From an uncultured Eubacteriales bacterium (GTDB taxonomy: Bacteria > Bacillota > Clostridia > Oscillospirales > Acutalibacteraceae), in NCBI GenBank assembly GCA_964604065.1, contig CAZRXQ010000002.1, positions 1 to 29,123 on the forward strand: DNA of 29,123 nucleotides, given 5' to 3'. Made by a program: the position numbers and the translations under genes. Under the pieces are notes generated by a model that was given only the letters and a program-made list of their open reading frames with translations, was not told the origin of the DNA and searched no databases. Below, piece by piece: positions 1-8,346 of this stretch (its first letter is position 1; the number at the start of each line of letters is the position of its first letter).

Positions 1-18
1 TTTTTTGAAGGTGAAAAT

Positions 19-1842
19 GTGAGTAAAAGAGAAGACATAAGAAACGTTGCCATTATAGCGCACGTTGACCACGGCAAAACAACACTTGTTGACCAGCTTC
101 TTCGTCAGAGCGGTATTTTCCGTTCGAACGAGCAGGTTGAAGAGCGCGTTATGGACTCTAACGACCTTGAAAGAGAGCGCGGTATTACAATTCTTTCAAA
201 GAATACCGGCATTCATTACAAGGATGTTAAAATCAACATAGTGGACACTCCCGGTCACGCGGATTTCGGCGGCGAGGTTGAACGTATAATGATGATGGTT
301 GACGGCGTTCTTCTTCTTGTCGATGCGTTCGAGGGCTGTATGCCGCAGACGCGCTTTGTTCTTAAAAAAGCGCTTGCCTTAGGCAAAAAGGCTATTGTCG
401 TAATTAACAAAATCGACCGTCCCGGCGCACGTCCGAAGGAGGTTATAGACGAGGTTTTGGACCTTTTCATAGAGCTCGGCGCAAACGACGACCAGATAGA
501 TTTTCCCGTTGTTTTCGCATCTGCCAGAGACGGCTATTCGTCTTTAGAGCCCGACGCTCGCGAGGGTGATATGAGACCGCTTCTTGATTCCATTCTCGAA
601 AATATCGAGCCACCCTGCGGAGATGCGGACGGCGATCTTCAGCTTCTTTTCTCAAGCCTTGATTATGACGATTACCTCGGAAGAATTGGCGTGGGCAGAG
701 TTGAGCGCGGCGGTGTTAAAGAGGGCGAAACAGTTACTCTTTGCAAGCAGGACGGAACAATTGAAAACGTAAAGGTAGTTAAGCTTTATCAGTTTGAGGG
801 CTTAAAGCGCGTTGAGTGCGAATCCGCGAAAATGGGTGACCTTGTTGCGGTTTCGGGTATTGCCGACCTTAACATCGGCGAGACGGCTTGCTCTCTCGGA
901 AAGCCCGATCCGCTTCCCTTTGTAAAGATAGACGAGCCTACCATTTCAATGAACTTTATGGTAAACGACAGCCCCTTCGCGGGACGTGAGGGCAAGTTCG
1001 TTACCTCGAGAAACATTCGCGCAAGACTTTTCAAAGAGGTTGAAACAAACGTAAGTATGCGCGTTGAAGAAACGGAAACGACCGATGCCTTCAAGGTTTC
1101 CGGCAGAGGCGAGCTTCACATATCAATACTTATCGAAACAATGCGCCGCCAAGGGTATGAATTCCAGGTATCCAACCCGAAGGTTATTTACAAGCGCGAC
1201 GAGAACGGTCAGCTTTTAGAGCCGATGGAGCTTCTTATTGTAGAGGTACCGCAGGATTACGTCGGCGCGGTTATGGAGAAAATAGGCTCAAGAAAGGGCG
1301 AGCTTGAAAATATGGACGTCCGCGACGGCGGCTCTACGCATATTGAATTCAAGATTCCCGCAAGAGGACTTATAGGCTACAGAAGCGAGTTTATGACAGA
1401 CACGAACGGTAACGGCATTATGAACAACCTTTTCGCGGGCTACGAGCCGTATAAGGGCGACATTCAAATGAGAGAGCGCGGTTCGATTATCGCGCACGAA
1501 ACAGGCGAGAGCACGGGCTACGGACTTTTCAATACACAGGACAGAGGCAGACTTTTCATAGGTCCCGGTGTTGAGGTGTATGAGGGTATGATAGTCGGCG
1601 AATCCTCTAAAAACGAGGACCTTGTTTGCAATGTCTGCAAGAAAAAGCAGATGACAAACACGCGTGCTTCGGGAAGTGACGAGGCGTTAAGACTTGTTCC
1701 GCACACCGTTTTAAGCCTTGAGCAGTCGCTTGAGTTTATCGGTGACGACGAGCTTGTTGAGGTCACCCCCAAGAGCATAAGAATGAGAAAGAAAATTCTT
1801 TCGAAAGAACAGCGTATGAAACAGCAGTTCAAAAAGAATTAA
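19..1842 (+). CDS. typA: Translational GTPase TypA/BipA
   Basis: G1 AHVDHGKT, RERGITI, G3 DTPGHADF, G4 NKID; C-terminal CKKKQMTNTRASGSDE and EFIGDDELVEVTP; GTG start after GAAGGTG. Confidence 0.98.
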   Translation: MSKREDIRNVAIIAHVDHGKTTLVDQLLRQSGIFRSNEQVEERVMDSNDLERERGITILSKNTGIHYKDVKINIVDTPGHADFGGEVERIMMMVDGVLLLVDAFEGCMPQTRFVLKKALALGKKAIVVINKIDRPGARPKEVIDEVLDLFIELGANDDQIDFPVVFASARDGYSSLEPDAREGDMRPLLDSILENIEPPCGDADGDLQLLFSSLDYDDYLGRIGVGRVERGGVKEGETVTLCKQDGTIENVKVVKLYQFEGLKRVECESAKMGDLVAVSGIADLNIGETACSLGKPDPLPFVKIDEPTISMNFMVNDSPFAGREGKFVTSRNIRARLFKEVETNVSMRVEETETTDAFKVSGRGELHISILIETMRRQGYEFQVSNPKVIYKRDENGQLLEPMELLIVEVPQDYVGAVMEKIGSRKGELENMDVRDGGSTHIEFKIPARGLIGYRSEFMTDTNGNGIMNNLFAGYEPYKGDIQMRERGSIIAHETGESTGYGLFNTQDRGRLFIGPGVEVYEGMIVGESSKNEDLVCNVCKKKQMTNTRASGSDEALRLVPHTVLSLEQSLEFIGDDELVEVTPKSIRMRKKILSKEQRMKQQFKKN

Positions 1843-1849
1843 TCGGTTT

Positions 1850-1885
1850 TCCCTCGATTGCAAAAGCAGTCGGGGGATTAAATTT
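1850..1885 (+). terminator. Probable intrinsic terminator after typA
   Basis: 12-bp stem tccctcgattgc/gcagtcggggga (2 G-U pairs), aaaa loop, AT-rich tail. Confidence 0.65.
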
Positions 1886-1931
1886 AATTTGTTAAATTTC
1901 GGTAACGGTTCGTTTTTTTCGCCGCGGTTTA

Positions 1932-1960
1932 TTGAAAAAAGCGAGCTGTTGTGTTATTAT
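1932..1960 (+). promoter_or_regulatory. Sigma-A-type promoter for the murE pair
   Basis: TTGAAA-17 bp-TATTAT. Confidence 0.6.
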
Positions 1961-2090
1961 ATTCCGGAGGAATTTCAAAATTTTTCCTTATGAATGCAAC
2001 GAAACGGCTGTATTTGTTGTCTGTTTTAACAGTAGGCTATGCCGAAATTAAAACACGCCGTTTGAGGTGAGTAATAAAGGATGTGTGGCT

Positions 2091-3503
2091 TTGAAAAAAT
2101 TAAGTGATATTTACGCCGGTGCGCCCGATGTTCCGGTTAAAGACGTTAAAATAAATTCGAAAGAGGTAACCCCCGGGGACATATTTATTTGCACGAAGGG
2201 CGTTACCGCGGACAGGCACGATTTTATTGCGGATGCCGTAAAAAACGGCGCCGCTGCCGTTGTTGTAAGTAAAAAGGTCGAAGACCCGGGCGTTCCCGTT
2301 ATTACCGTCGAAAATACAAACAAGGAGCTTTATCATTTGGCGGGTGAGCTGTATTCGTATCCGCAAAACGAGCTTTCGATGATAGGCGTTACGGGGACAA
2401 ACGGCAAAACCTCGGTAGCGGAAATGGTTTATGCTGTTTTGGGTGATGAGTGCGCATATCTCGGTACAAACGGCAAAAAATATAAAAACCACTCGGAGAG
2501 GATTCGCAACACCACGCCCGACGTGGACAGGTCTTACAAATATTTCAGAGAGTTTTCGGATGCCGGATGTGACACCTGCGTTACGGAGGTTTCAAGCGAG
2601 GCAATGCTCAGACACCGCCTTGACGAGGTTCGGTTTGATGCATTCGTTCTTACGAACATTACGGAGGACCACCTCGACAAGCACGGAACGATTGAGAATT
2701 ACATTGAGTGTAAAGCAAACGCCTTTACACTTGTAAAGGACAATGGCTTTACAATCCTTAACAGCGGAAGCAATCACCTTGATAAAATCAAAGAAAAAGC
2801 CAAAGGCACTGTTTTAACCTACGGTTTTAACGAGGATGACGATTTGTATATTTCCCGTTGCGATTTCGGAAAGACGCTTTCGTTCGATTTTGTATATAAA
2901 AACAAAAAGTACACCGCAAACACAAGGCTTCACGGTAAATTTAACGCTTTGAACCTTGCGGCGGCATTCCTTGTGTGCGTAAGTCGCGGGATGTCTCCCG
3001 AAGAGATTTTGAAAAAAGCCGAGCTTTTAGAGCCCGTTGAAGGACGGTGCGAGTACCTCGATTTCGGGCAAAGCTTTGACATTGTTCTCGATTACGCCCA
3101 CACGGTGGATGCGCTCGAAAAGGTTCTCGACGAGCTTTCTCTTGCAAAGCGCGGACGTATTGTTACCGTCACGGGCTCTGCCGGCGGCAGAGAAAAAGAA
3201 AAGCGCCCGCTTATGGGAAAGACTGTTCTCGAAAAATCCGATTTTGTTATTTTTACGGAGGATGACCCGAGAAACGAGAGCGTGTATACGATTATTCGCG
3301 ATATGCTAAAGGGCGCACAGGGCAAAAGCAATTATACGGTAATAGGCAAGCGCGAGGATGCTATTCGCTACGCCGTTTTGACCGCCAGAAAAAACGACAC
3401 GATACTTATTGCAGGCAAGGGGCGCGACGAATATATGGCAATAGGCGACGAATATGTGCCGTATTGCGATTACGATGTAATTAAAAAATGCTTTAAAAAG
3501 TAA
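2091..3503 (+). CDS. murE: MurE-family UDP-MurNAc-dipeptide amino acid ligase, copy 1 (specificity loop DDPR)
   Basis: GVTGTNGKTS P-loop, TTPD, EVSSEA, TNITEDHLDKH, DYAHT, GGREKEKRPLMG, IAGKG. TTG 2091 preferred over GTG 2067 because it aligns with the copy 2 start (MKKLSDIY vs MKSLSEIY) and follows AAAGGA. Confidence 0.9.
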   Translation: MKKLSDIYAGAPDVPVKDVKINSKEVTPGDIFICTKGVTADRHDFIADAVKNGAAAVVVSKKVEDPGVPVITVENTNKELYHLAGELYSYPQNELSMIGVTGTNGKTSVAEMVYAVLGDECAYLGTNGKKYKNHSERIRNTTPDVDRSYKYFREFSDAGCDTCVTEVSSEAMLRHRLDEVRFDAFVLTNITEDHLDKHGTIENYIECKANAFTLVKDNGFTILNSGSNHLDKIKEKAKGTVLTYGFNEDDDLYISRCDFGKTLSFDFVYKNKKYTANTRLHGKFNALNLAAAFLVCVSRGMSPEEILKKAELLEPVEGRCEYLDFGQSFDIVLDYAHTVDALEKVLDELSLAKRGRIVTVTGSAGGREKEKRPLMGKTVLEKSDFVIFTEDDPRNESVYTIIRDMLKGAQGKSNYTVIGKREDAIRYAVLTARKNDTILIAGKGRDEYMAIGDEYVPYCDYDVIKKCFKK

Positions 3504-3574
3504 AAGTAATTTTAAATACAATTTCAATCTTTCGGGGGGATAATAAACTCAGTTGTATGTAAAGGAAGTTTGTT

Positions 3575-4996
3575 ATGAAAAGCCTAAGCGAGATTTATCC
3601 CGGCGCACCCGAGGTTAGTATAAAGGATGTTAAAATTAATTCAAAGGATGTAACACCCGGAGACATTTTTCTTTGCACAAAGGGCGTTACCGCCGACAGG
3701 CACGCATTCATTTTCGATGCGGTAAAAAACGGTGCAGCCGCCGTTGTCGTAAGCAAAAAGGTCGAAGACCCCGGTGTTCCCGTTATTACCGTTGAAGATA
3801 CGAATAAAGAGCTTTTTCATTTGGCGGGTGAGTTGTATTACTACCCGCAAAGAGAGCTTTCCATGATAGGCGTTACCGGCACAAACGGCAAAACCTCGGT
3901 AGCCGAAATGATTTATTCTTTTTTGGGCGAGGCTTGCGCGTATCTCGGCACGAACGGCAAAAAATGGAAGGGCAAATGTGAGCACGTCAGGAACACAACA
4001 CCCGACGTTGACAGGGCATACAAATATTTCAGAGAATATTTGGACTGCGGCTGTGACACCTGCGTTGCGGAAATTTCAAGTGAAGCAATGCTCAGGCACA
4101 GATTCGACGATATTTTGCTTGACGCGTGCGTGCTGACGAATATCACGGAGGATCATCTCGACAAGCACGGCTCACTCGATAATTATATTGAGTGTAAAGC
4201 AAATGCCTTCACACTTGTAAAGGATGATGGCTTTACAGTTCTCAACAGCGGCAGTAAGTACTTCGACCGCGTAAAAGAAAAGGCAAACGGAACTGTTTTA
4301 ACGTACGGCTTTAAAAAGACCGACGATATTTACATTTGTCGTTGCGAGCTTAAGGACAAGCTTTCCTTCGATTTTATTTACAAAGGGAAAAAGTACACCG
4401 TGAATACAAAATTAAGAGGCGACTTTAACGCGCTTAATCTTGCGGCGTCGTTTCTTGTTTGCTTAACACGCGGCAAAAGCCTTGAAGAGCTTATAGAAAA
4501 AGCGGAGGCGCTTGAGCCTGTTGAAGGAAGATTCGAATATCTCGATTTCGGGCAGGATTTTGAAATAGTTCTCGATTACGCCCACACGGAGGATGCGCTC
4601 GTAAAGGTTCTCGATGAGCTTTTAAGAACAAAAAAGGGGAGAATTATTACCGTAACAGGTGCGGCGGGCGGCAGAGAAAAAGAGAAAAGACCGCGAATGG
4701 GCAAAGCGGTTTTGTCAAGATCCGATTTTGTTGTGTTTACGGAGGAAAATTCGCGCAACGAAAAAACGGAGGACATTATAGACAGCCTTTTGTCGGATTC
4801 CGCGGAATACACGAATTACGCGGTTATTCCCAAAAGAAGCCTTGCGATAAATTATGCGCTTTCGACGGCGAAAGAAGGCGATACCGTTCTTATTGCGGGC
4901 AAAGGGCGTGACACTTATATGGCAGTAGGCGACGAGTATTTGTATTATTGCGATTACGACGAAATAGAAAAACACTTCGCAAACGGCGTGAAGTGA
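3575..4996 (+). CDS. murE: MurE-family ligase, copy 2 (specificity loop ENSR)
   Basis: Same Mur ligase motifs as copy 1; AAAGGA ribosome-binding site before ATG. Confidence 0.88.
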   Translation: MKSLSEIYPGAPEVSIKDVKINSKDVTPGDIFLCTKGVTADRHAFIFDAVKNGAAAVVVSKKVEDPGVPVITVEDTNKELFHLAGELYYYPQRELSMIGVTGTNGKTSVAEMIYSFLGEACAYLGTNGKKWKGKCEHVRNTTPDVDRAYKYFREYLDCGCDTCVAEISSEAMLRHRFDDILLDACVLTNITEDHLDKHGSLDNYIECKANAFTLVKDDGFTVLNSGSKYFDRVKEKANGTVLTYGFKKTDDIYICRCELKDKLSFDFIYKGKKYTVNTKLRGDFNALNLAASFLVCLTRGKSLEELIEKAEALEPVEGRFEYLDFGQDFEIVLDYAHTEDALVKVLDELLRTKKGRIITVTGAAGGREKEKRPRMGKAVLSRSDFVVFTEENSRNEKTEDIIDSLLSDSAEYTNYAVIPKRSLAINYALSTAKEGDTVLIAGKGRDTYMAVGDEYLYYCDYDEIEKHFANGVK

Positions 4997-5042
4997 AATT
5001 TATTTAACAAATGTTTACAATTAGGCGTCTGTTTGGGCTCTC

Positions 5043-5077
5043 TTGCACTTGACAACACCGCTGAAATATAATAAAAT
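5043..5077 (+). promoter_or_regulatory. Sigma-A promoter(s) for the acyl-CoA ligase
   Basis: TTGACA(5049)-17-TAAAAT(5072), with overlapping TTGCAC(5043)-18-TATAAT(5067). Confidence 0.7.
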
Positions 5078-5183
5078 GTTGTTTTGGTTGAATCGTCTGC
5101 GAGAGAACCGAAACAACGGTTTGCAGACGGCTTAGGACTTATTACCTTTGCCGTCCTCTTACTTTTTTGAAGGGAGTTTAAAG

Positions 5184-6890
5184 ATGCTCAGACCCTCAAA
5201 TCAAAGCTGTTATCTTTATTTTAAGCAGTGCACGCAAGATTTCGGCTCTTATTTTGTTGCCGAAAGCTTCGGTAATATGATAACACGCAAAAGATTTCTT
5301 CACGATGTTGACGCTATTGCGGGCTATCTCGATAAAAGTAATATTAAAAAAGGCGACGTCGTAACGATTTTTTTGCCGACGGTGGTTCAAAGCTTTGCCG
5401 CGTTTTACGCCGTAAACAAAATCGGTGCAATTGCGAATATTGTTCATCCGTTGACACCTGCGAATGTTTTGGGGGAAATGCTCGACGAAACGAATTCGAA
5501 AGCGATTTTCCTTCTTGATATTTTAAGCGAGCCTTATAAAGACACGCTCGAAAAAAGAAATATTCTTACAATTATGTGCTCTAATTCCGACTATGTCGGA
5601 GGACTTGTAAAGCCCGTATTTAAGATTTACGAGAAAACAAAGGTAAGAGCAGACATTAAAGTAAGCAAAATTATATCTTACAGCACCGTTACCCACTTAA
5701 GCTTTATTGCGAAGGCAGTGGAAAATAACGGCTCGGACGATGCCGTGTATCTTCACGGCGGCGGAACTACGGGAAAAAGCAAAACAATAAGGATTTCTTC
5801 GAATAACCTTAACGCGCTTGCTTTTAAGCTCAGCTTTTTCGATTCGCCGCACGCGCCGGGCGAGGAGTTTTCGCTTATTGTGCTTCCGCTGTTTCACGCC
5901 TTCGGGCTCGGCGTTGCAATGCACTTTTCAATGTGCGCGGGCTTTACCTGCATAGGTATGCCGAAGTTTACCGCGGACAAGGCGATAAAATATATTAAAA
6001 AATATAACGTAACCTACATTCTCGGCGTGCCGAATATGTTCAGAAAAATGCTTGACGATTCGTCGTTTGACGGTCCGCATCTTAAAAAGCTCAGGCTTTT
6101 GTGGGCAGGCGGAGATACCGTCAGCGAGAACTTTTTAAACACCTTTAACTCAAAGCTTCAAAAATGGGGCAGTAAGGGCAAGCTTTTAAGAGGCTACGGA
6201 CTTACCGAGGTAACCTCTGTTTGCACGGCTAACATTCCGAGTGCCTATAAGGAAAATTCCGTGGGACGACCGCTTGCGGAAATAGACGTTCAAATCTGGA
6301 ACGAAAAGAAAAAGCCGTTGCCGCCCAACACGATAGGCGAAATTGTCGTTTCCGGCGATACCGTTATGAACGGCTATTTCAACAGCGAGGACAGCGGCGT
6401 TTATACCGACAGAAAGGGCAAAAGATATGTGCTTTCGGGAGACCTCGGCTATCTTGACGAGGACGGATATCTTTACTTTACGGGAAGAAAAAAACGTCTT
6501 ATAATAATTTCGGGATATAATGTATATCCTAATGATATAGAGTCAAAGGTAACCGCTCTTCCTTATGTTGACGAGGCGTGCGCCGTGCAGGGGTACTTAG
6601 ACGGAAAGCCCATAGTAAAGCTTTTTGTATCCTTAAACGAGCCCGTTTTCAGCGAGGACGAGGTTGTGCTCAAGATAAAGGAATATTGTGACAGGACTCT
6701 TGAAAGATTCTCAAGACCTACATTTGTTACAATAATGGATAAGCTTCCGCGCACGGCAATGGGCAAGGTTGATTTTATGAAGCTTACCGATATGGCGCCG
6801 ACTCCGATGCCGAATAAAAAGGACATCGACCGCGAGGAAAAGAAGGCGCAAAAGGAACTTGAACGTTCCGAGAAAAACAGCGATAAATAA
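5184..6890 (+). CDS. AMP-binding acyl-CoA ligase (long-chain fatty acid-CoA ligase-like)
   Basis: GGGTTGKSK P-loop, PLFHAFG, GYGLTE, SGDLGYLDEDG, GRKKRLIIISGYNVYP, catalytic Lys in LPRTAMGK; ATG 5184 after AGGGAG. Confidence 0.88.
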   Translation: MLRPSNQSCYLYFKQCTQDFGSYFVAESFGNMITRKRFLHDVDAIAGYLDKSNIKKGDVVTIFLPTVVQSFAAFYAVNKIGAIANIVHPLTPANVLGEMLDETNSKAIFLLDILSEPYKDTLEKRNILTIMCSNSDYVGGLVKPVFKIYEKTKVRADIKVSKIISYSTVTHLSFIAKAVENNGSDDAVYLHGGGTTGKSKTIRISSNNLNALAFKLSFFDSPHAPGEEFSLIVLPLFHAFGLGVAMHFSMCAGFTCIGMPKFTADKAIKYIKKYNVTYILGVPNMFRKMLDDSSFDGPHLKKLRLLWAGGDTVSENFLNTFNSKLQKWGSKGKLLRGYGLTEVTSVCTANIPSAYKENSVGRPLAEIDVQIWNEKKKPLPPNTIGEIVVSGDTVMNGYFNSEDSGVYTDRKGKRYVLSGDLGYLDEDGYLYFTGRKKRLIIISGYNVYPNDIESKVTALPYVDEACAVQGYLDGKPIVKLFVSLNEPVFSEDEVVLKIKEYCDRTLERFSRPTFVTIMDKLPRTAMGKVDFMKLTDMAPTPMPNKKDIDREEKKAQKELERSEKNSDK

Positions 6891-6942
6891 AAAGAATTTA
6901 CGGTGTTGCCGTTTTAATTTACTGAATAAAGGATGATTGTCA

Positions 6943-8346
6943 ATGAAATACGATGTAGTTATTGTCGGTGCGGGTCCTGCCGGTATTTTTACCGCACTTG
7001 AGCTCATTAAAAAGGGCTGTGACAAAAAAATTATTATTGTGGAAAAAGGTCAGCCGATAGAAAAGCGCAGCTGCCCGAAGTCGAAAACAATGCATTGCGT
7101 AAGCTGTAAGCCGTATTGCCACATTACAACGGGCTTTTCGGGCGCGGGTGCGTTTTCGGACGGTAAGCTTTCCTTAAGTGCCGACGTAGGCGGCGATTTA
7201 CCGTCTCTTATCGGTGACGATTTCGCTCAGGAGCTTATCGACTATACCGATAAAATTTACCTTGAATTCGGCGCGGATACGCATATAGAAGGCATCAACA
7301 GCGGCGAAGAGGTTAAAGAAATCAGAAAGAGAGCGATTCAGGCGGGCTTGAGACTTGTTGACTGCCCCATTCGCCACCTCGGCACTGAAAAAGCACAGAC
7401 GCTTTACCTTGAAATAGAAAATTATCTCAGAGACAAGGGCGTTGAGATGATTTTCGGCTACGAGTGCACGGATATTTCCATTGAAAATAACGAATGCAAA
7501 AGCATTTACATAACAAACGGTAAGGACTCAAAAGAGATTTTCGGCGATAAGATAGTTATTGCCACCGGCAGACGCGGTGCTGATTGGCTTGAAAAGCTTT
7601 GCTCGGAGCACGGCGTTGAGCATCAGGCGGGAACTGTTGACATCGGCGTAAGAGTTGAGGTTCGTAACGAGGTTATGGAAAAGGTAAATGCCGCGCTTTA
7701 CGAATCAAAGCTTATAGGCTATCCGAAGCCGTTTAAGAACAAGGTAAGAACATTCTGCCAAAATCCCGGCGGCTTTGTAAGTCAGGAAAATTACGACAAC
7801 GACCTTGCCGTTGTTAACGGTCATTCATACAAAGAGAAAAAGTCGAACAACACAAACGTTGCCATTCTTTGCTCTCATAACTTTAACTATCCCTTTAATC
7901 AGCCTATCGAATACGCTCAAAAGGTAGGCGAGCTTACGAATATGCTCGGTGCGGGTCACATTCTCGTTCAGCGCTACGGCGACATTCTCGACGGTAAGCG
8001 CACCTGGCAGAAGGAGCTTGCACAGTCTAACCTTCGTCCGTCGCTTCCCGATGCGGTTGCGGGCGACATTACAGCCGCTATGCCTTACAGAGCTATGACG
8101 AATATTATCAACTTCATTCAGGCTGTAGACCACGTTGTACCGGGCTTTGCTTCGACCGAAACGCTTCTTTATTCGCCGGAGCTTAAGTTCTACAGCAACA
8201 AAATCAAAATGGATACAGACCTTAACACGAGCGTTAAGGGGCTTCACTGCCTCGGCGACTCTTCGGGCTGGACGAGGGGACTTATGATGGCATCCGTTAT
8301 GGGTGTTCTTATGGGAAGGAAAATTGCGGAAGATGCTGACAAGTAA
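6943..8346 (+). CDS. FAD-dependent oxidoreductase (COG2509-like, uncharacterised)
   Basis: N-terminal IVGAGPAG Rossmann motif, GAGAFSDGKL, RTFCQNPGG, C-terminal GDSSGWTRG; ATG 6943 after AAAGGA. Confidence 0.85.
   Translation: MKYDVVIVGAGPAGIFTALELIKKGCDKKIIIVEKGQPIEKRSCPKSKTMHCVSCKPYCHITTGFSGAGAFSDGKLSLSADVGGDLPSLIGDDFAQELIDYTDKIYLEFGADTHIEGINSGEEVKEIRKRAIQAGLRLVDCPIRHLGTEKAQTLYLEIENYLRDKGVEMIFGYECTDISIENNECKSIYITNGKDSKEIFGDKIVIATGRRGADWLEKLCSEHGVEHQAGTVDIGVRVEVRNEVMEKVNAALYESKLIGYPKPFKNKVRTFCQNPGGFVSQENYDNDLAVVNGHSYKEKKSNNTNVAILCSHNFNYPFNQPIEYAQKVGELTNMLGAGHILVQRYGDILDGKRTWQKELAQSNLRPSLPDAVAGDITAAMPYRAMTNIINFIQAVDHVVPGFASTETLLYSPELKFYSNKIKMDTDLNTSVKGLHCLGDSSGWTRGLMMASVMGVLMGRKIAEDADK

Noticed and set aside
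2091-4996. murE duplication as an assembly artefact or pseudogene
   Set aside because: The copies differ at many synonymous and non-synonymous sites; both frames and RBSs are intact
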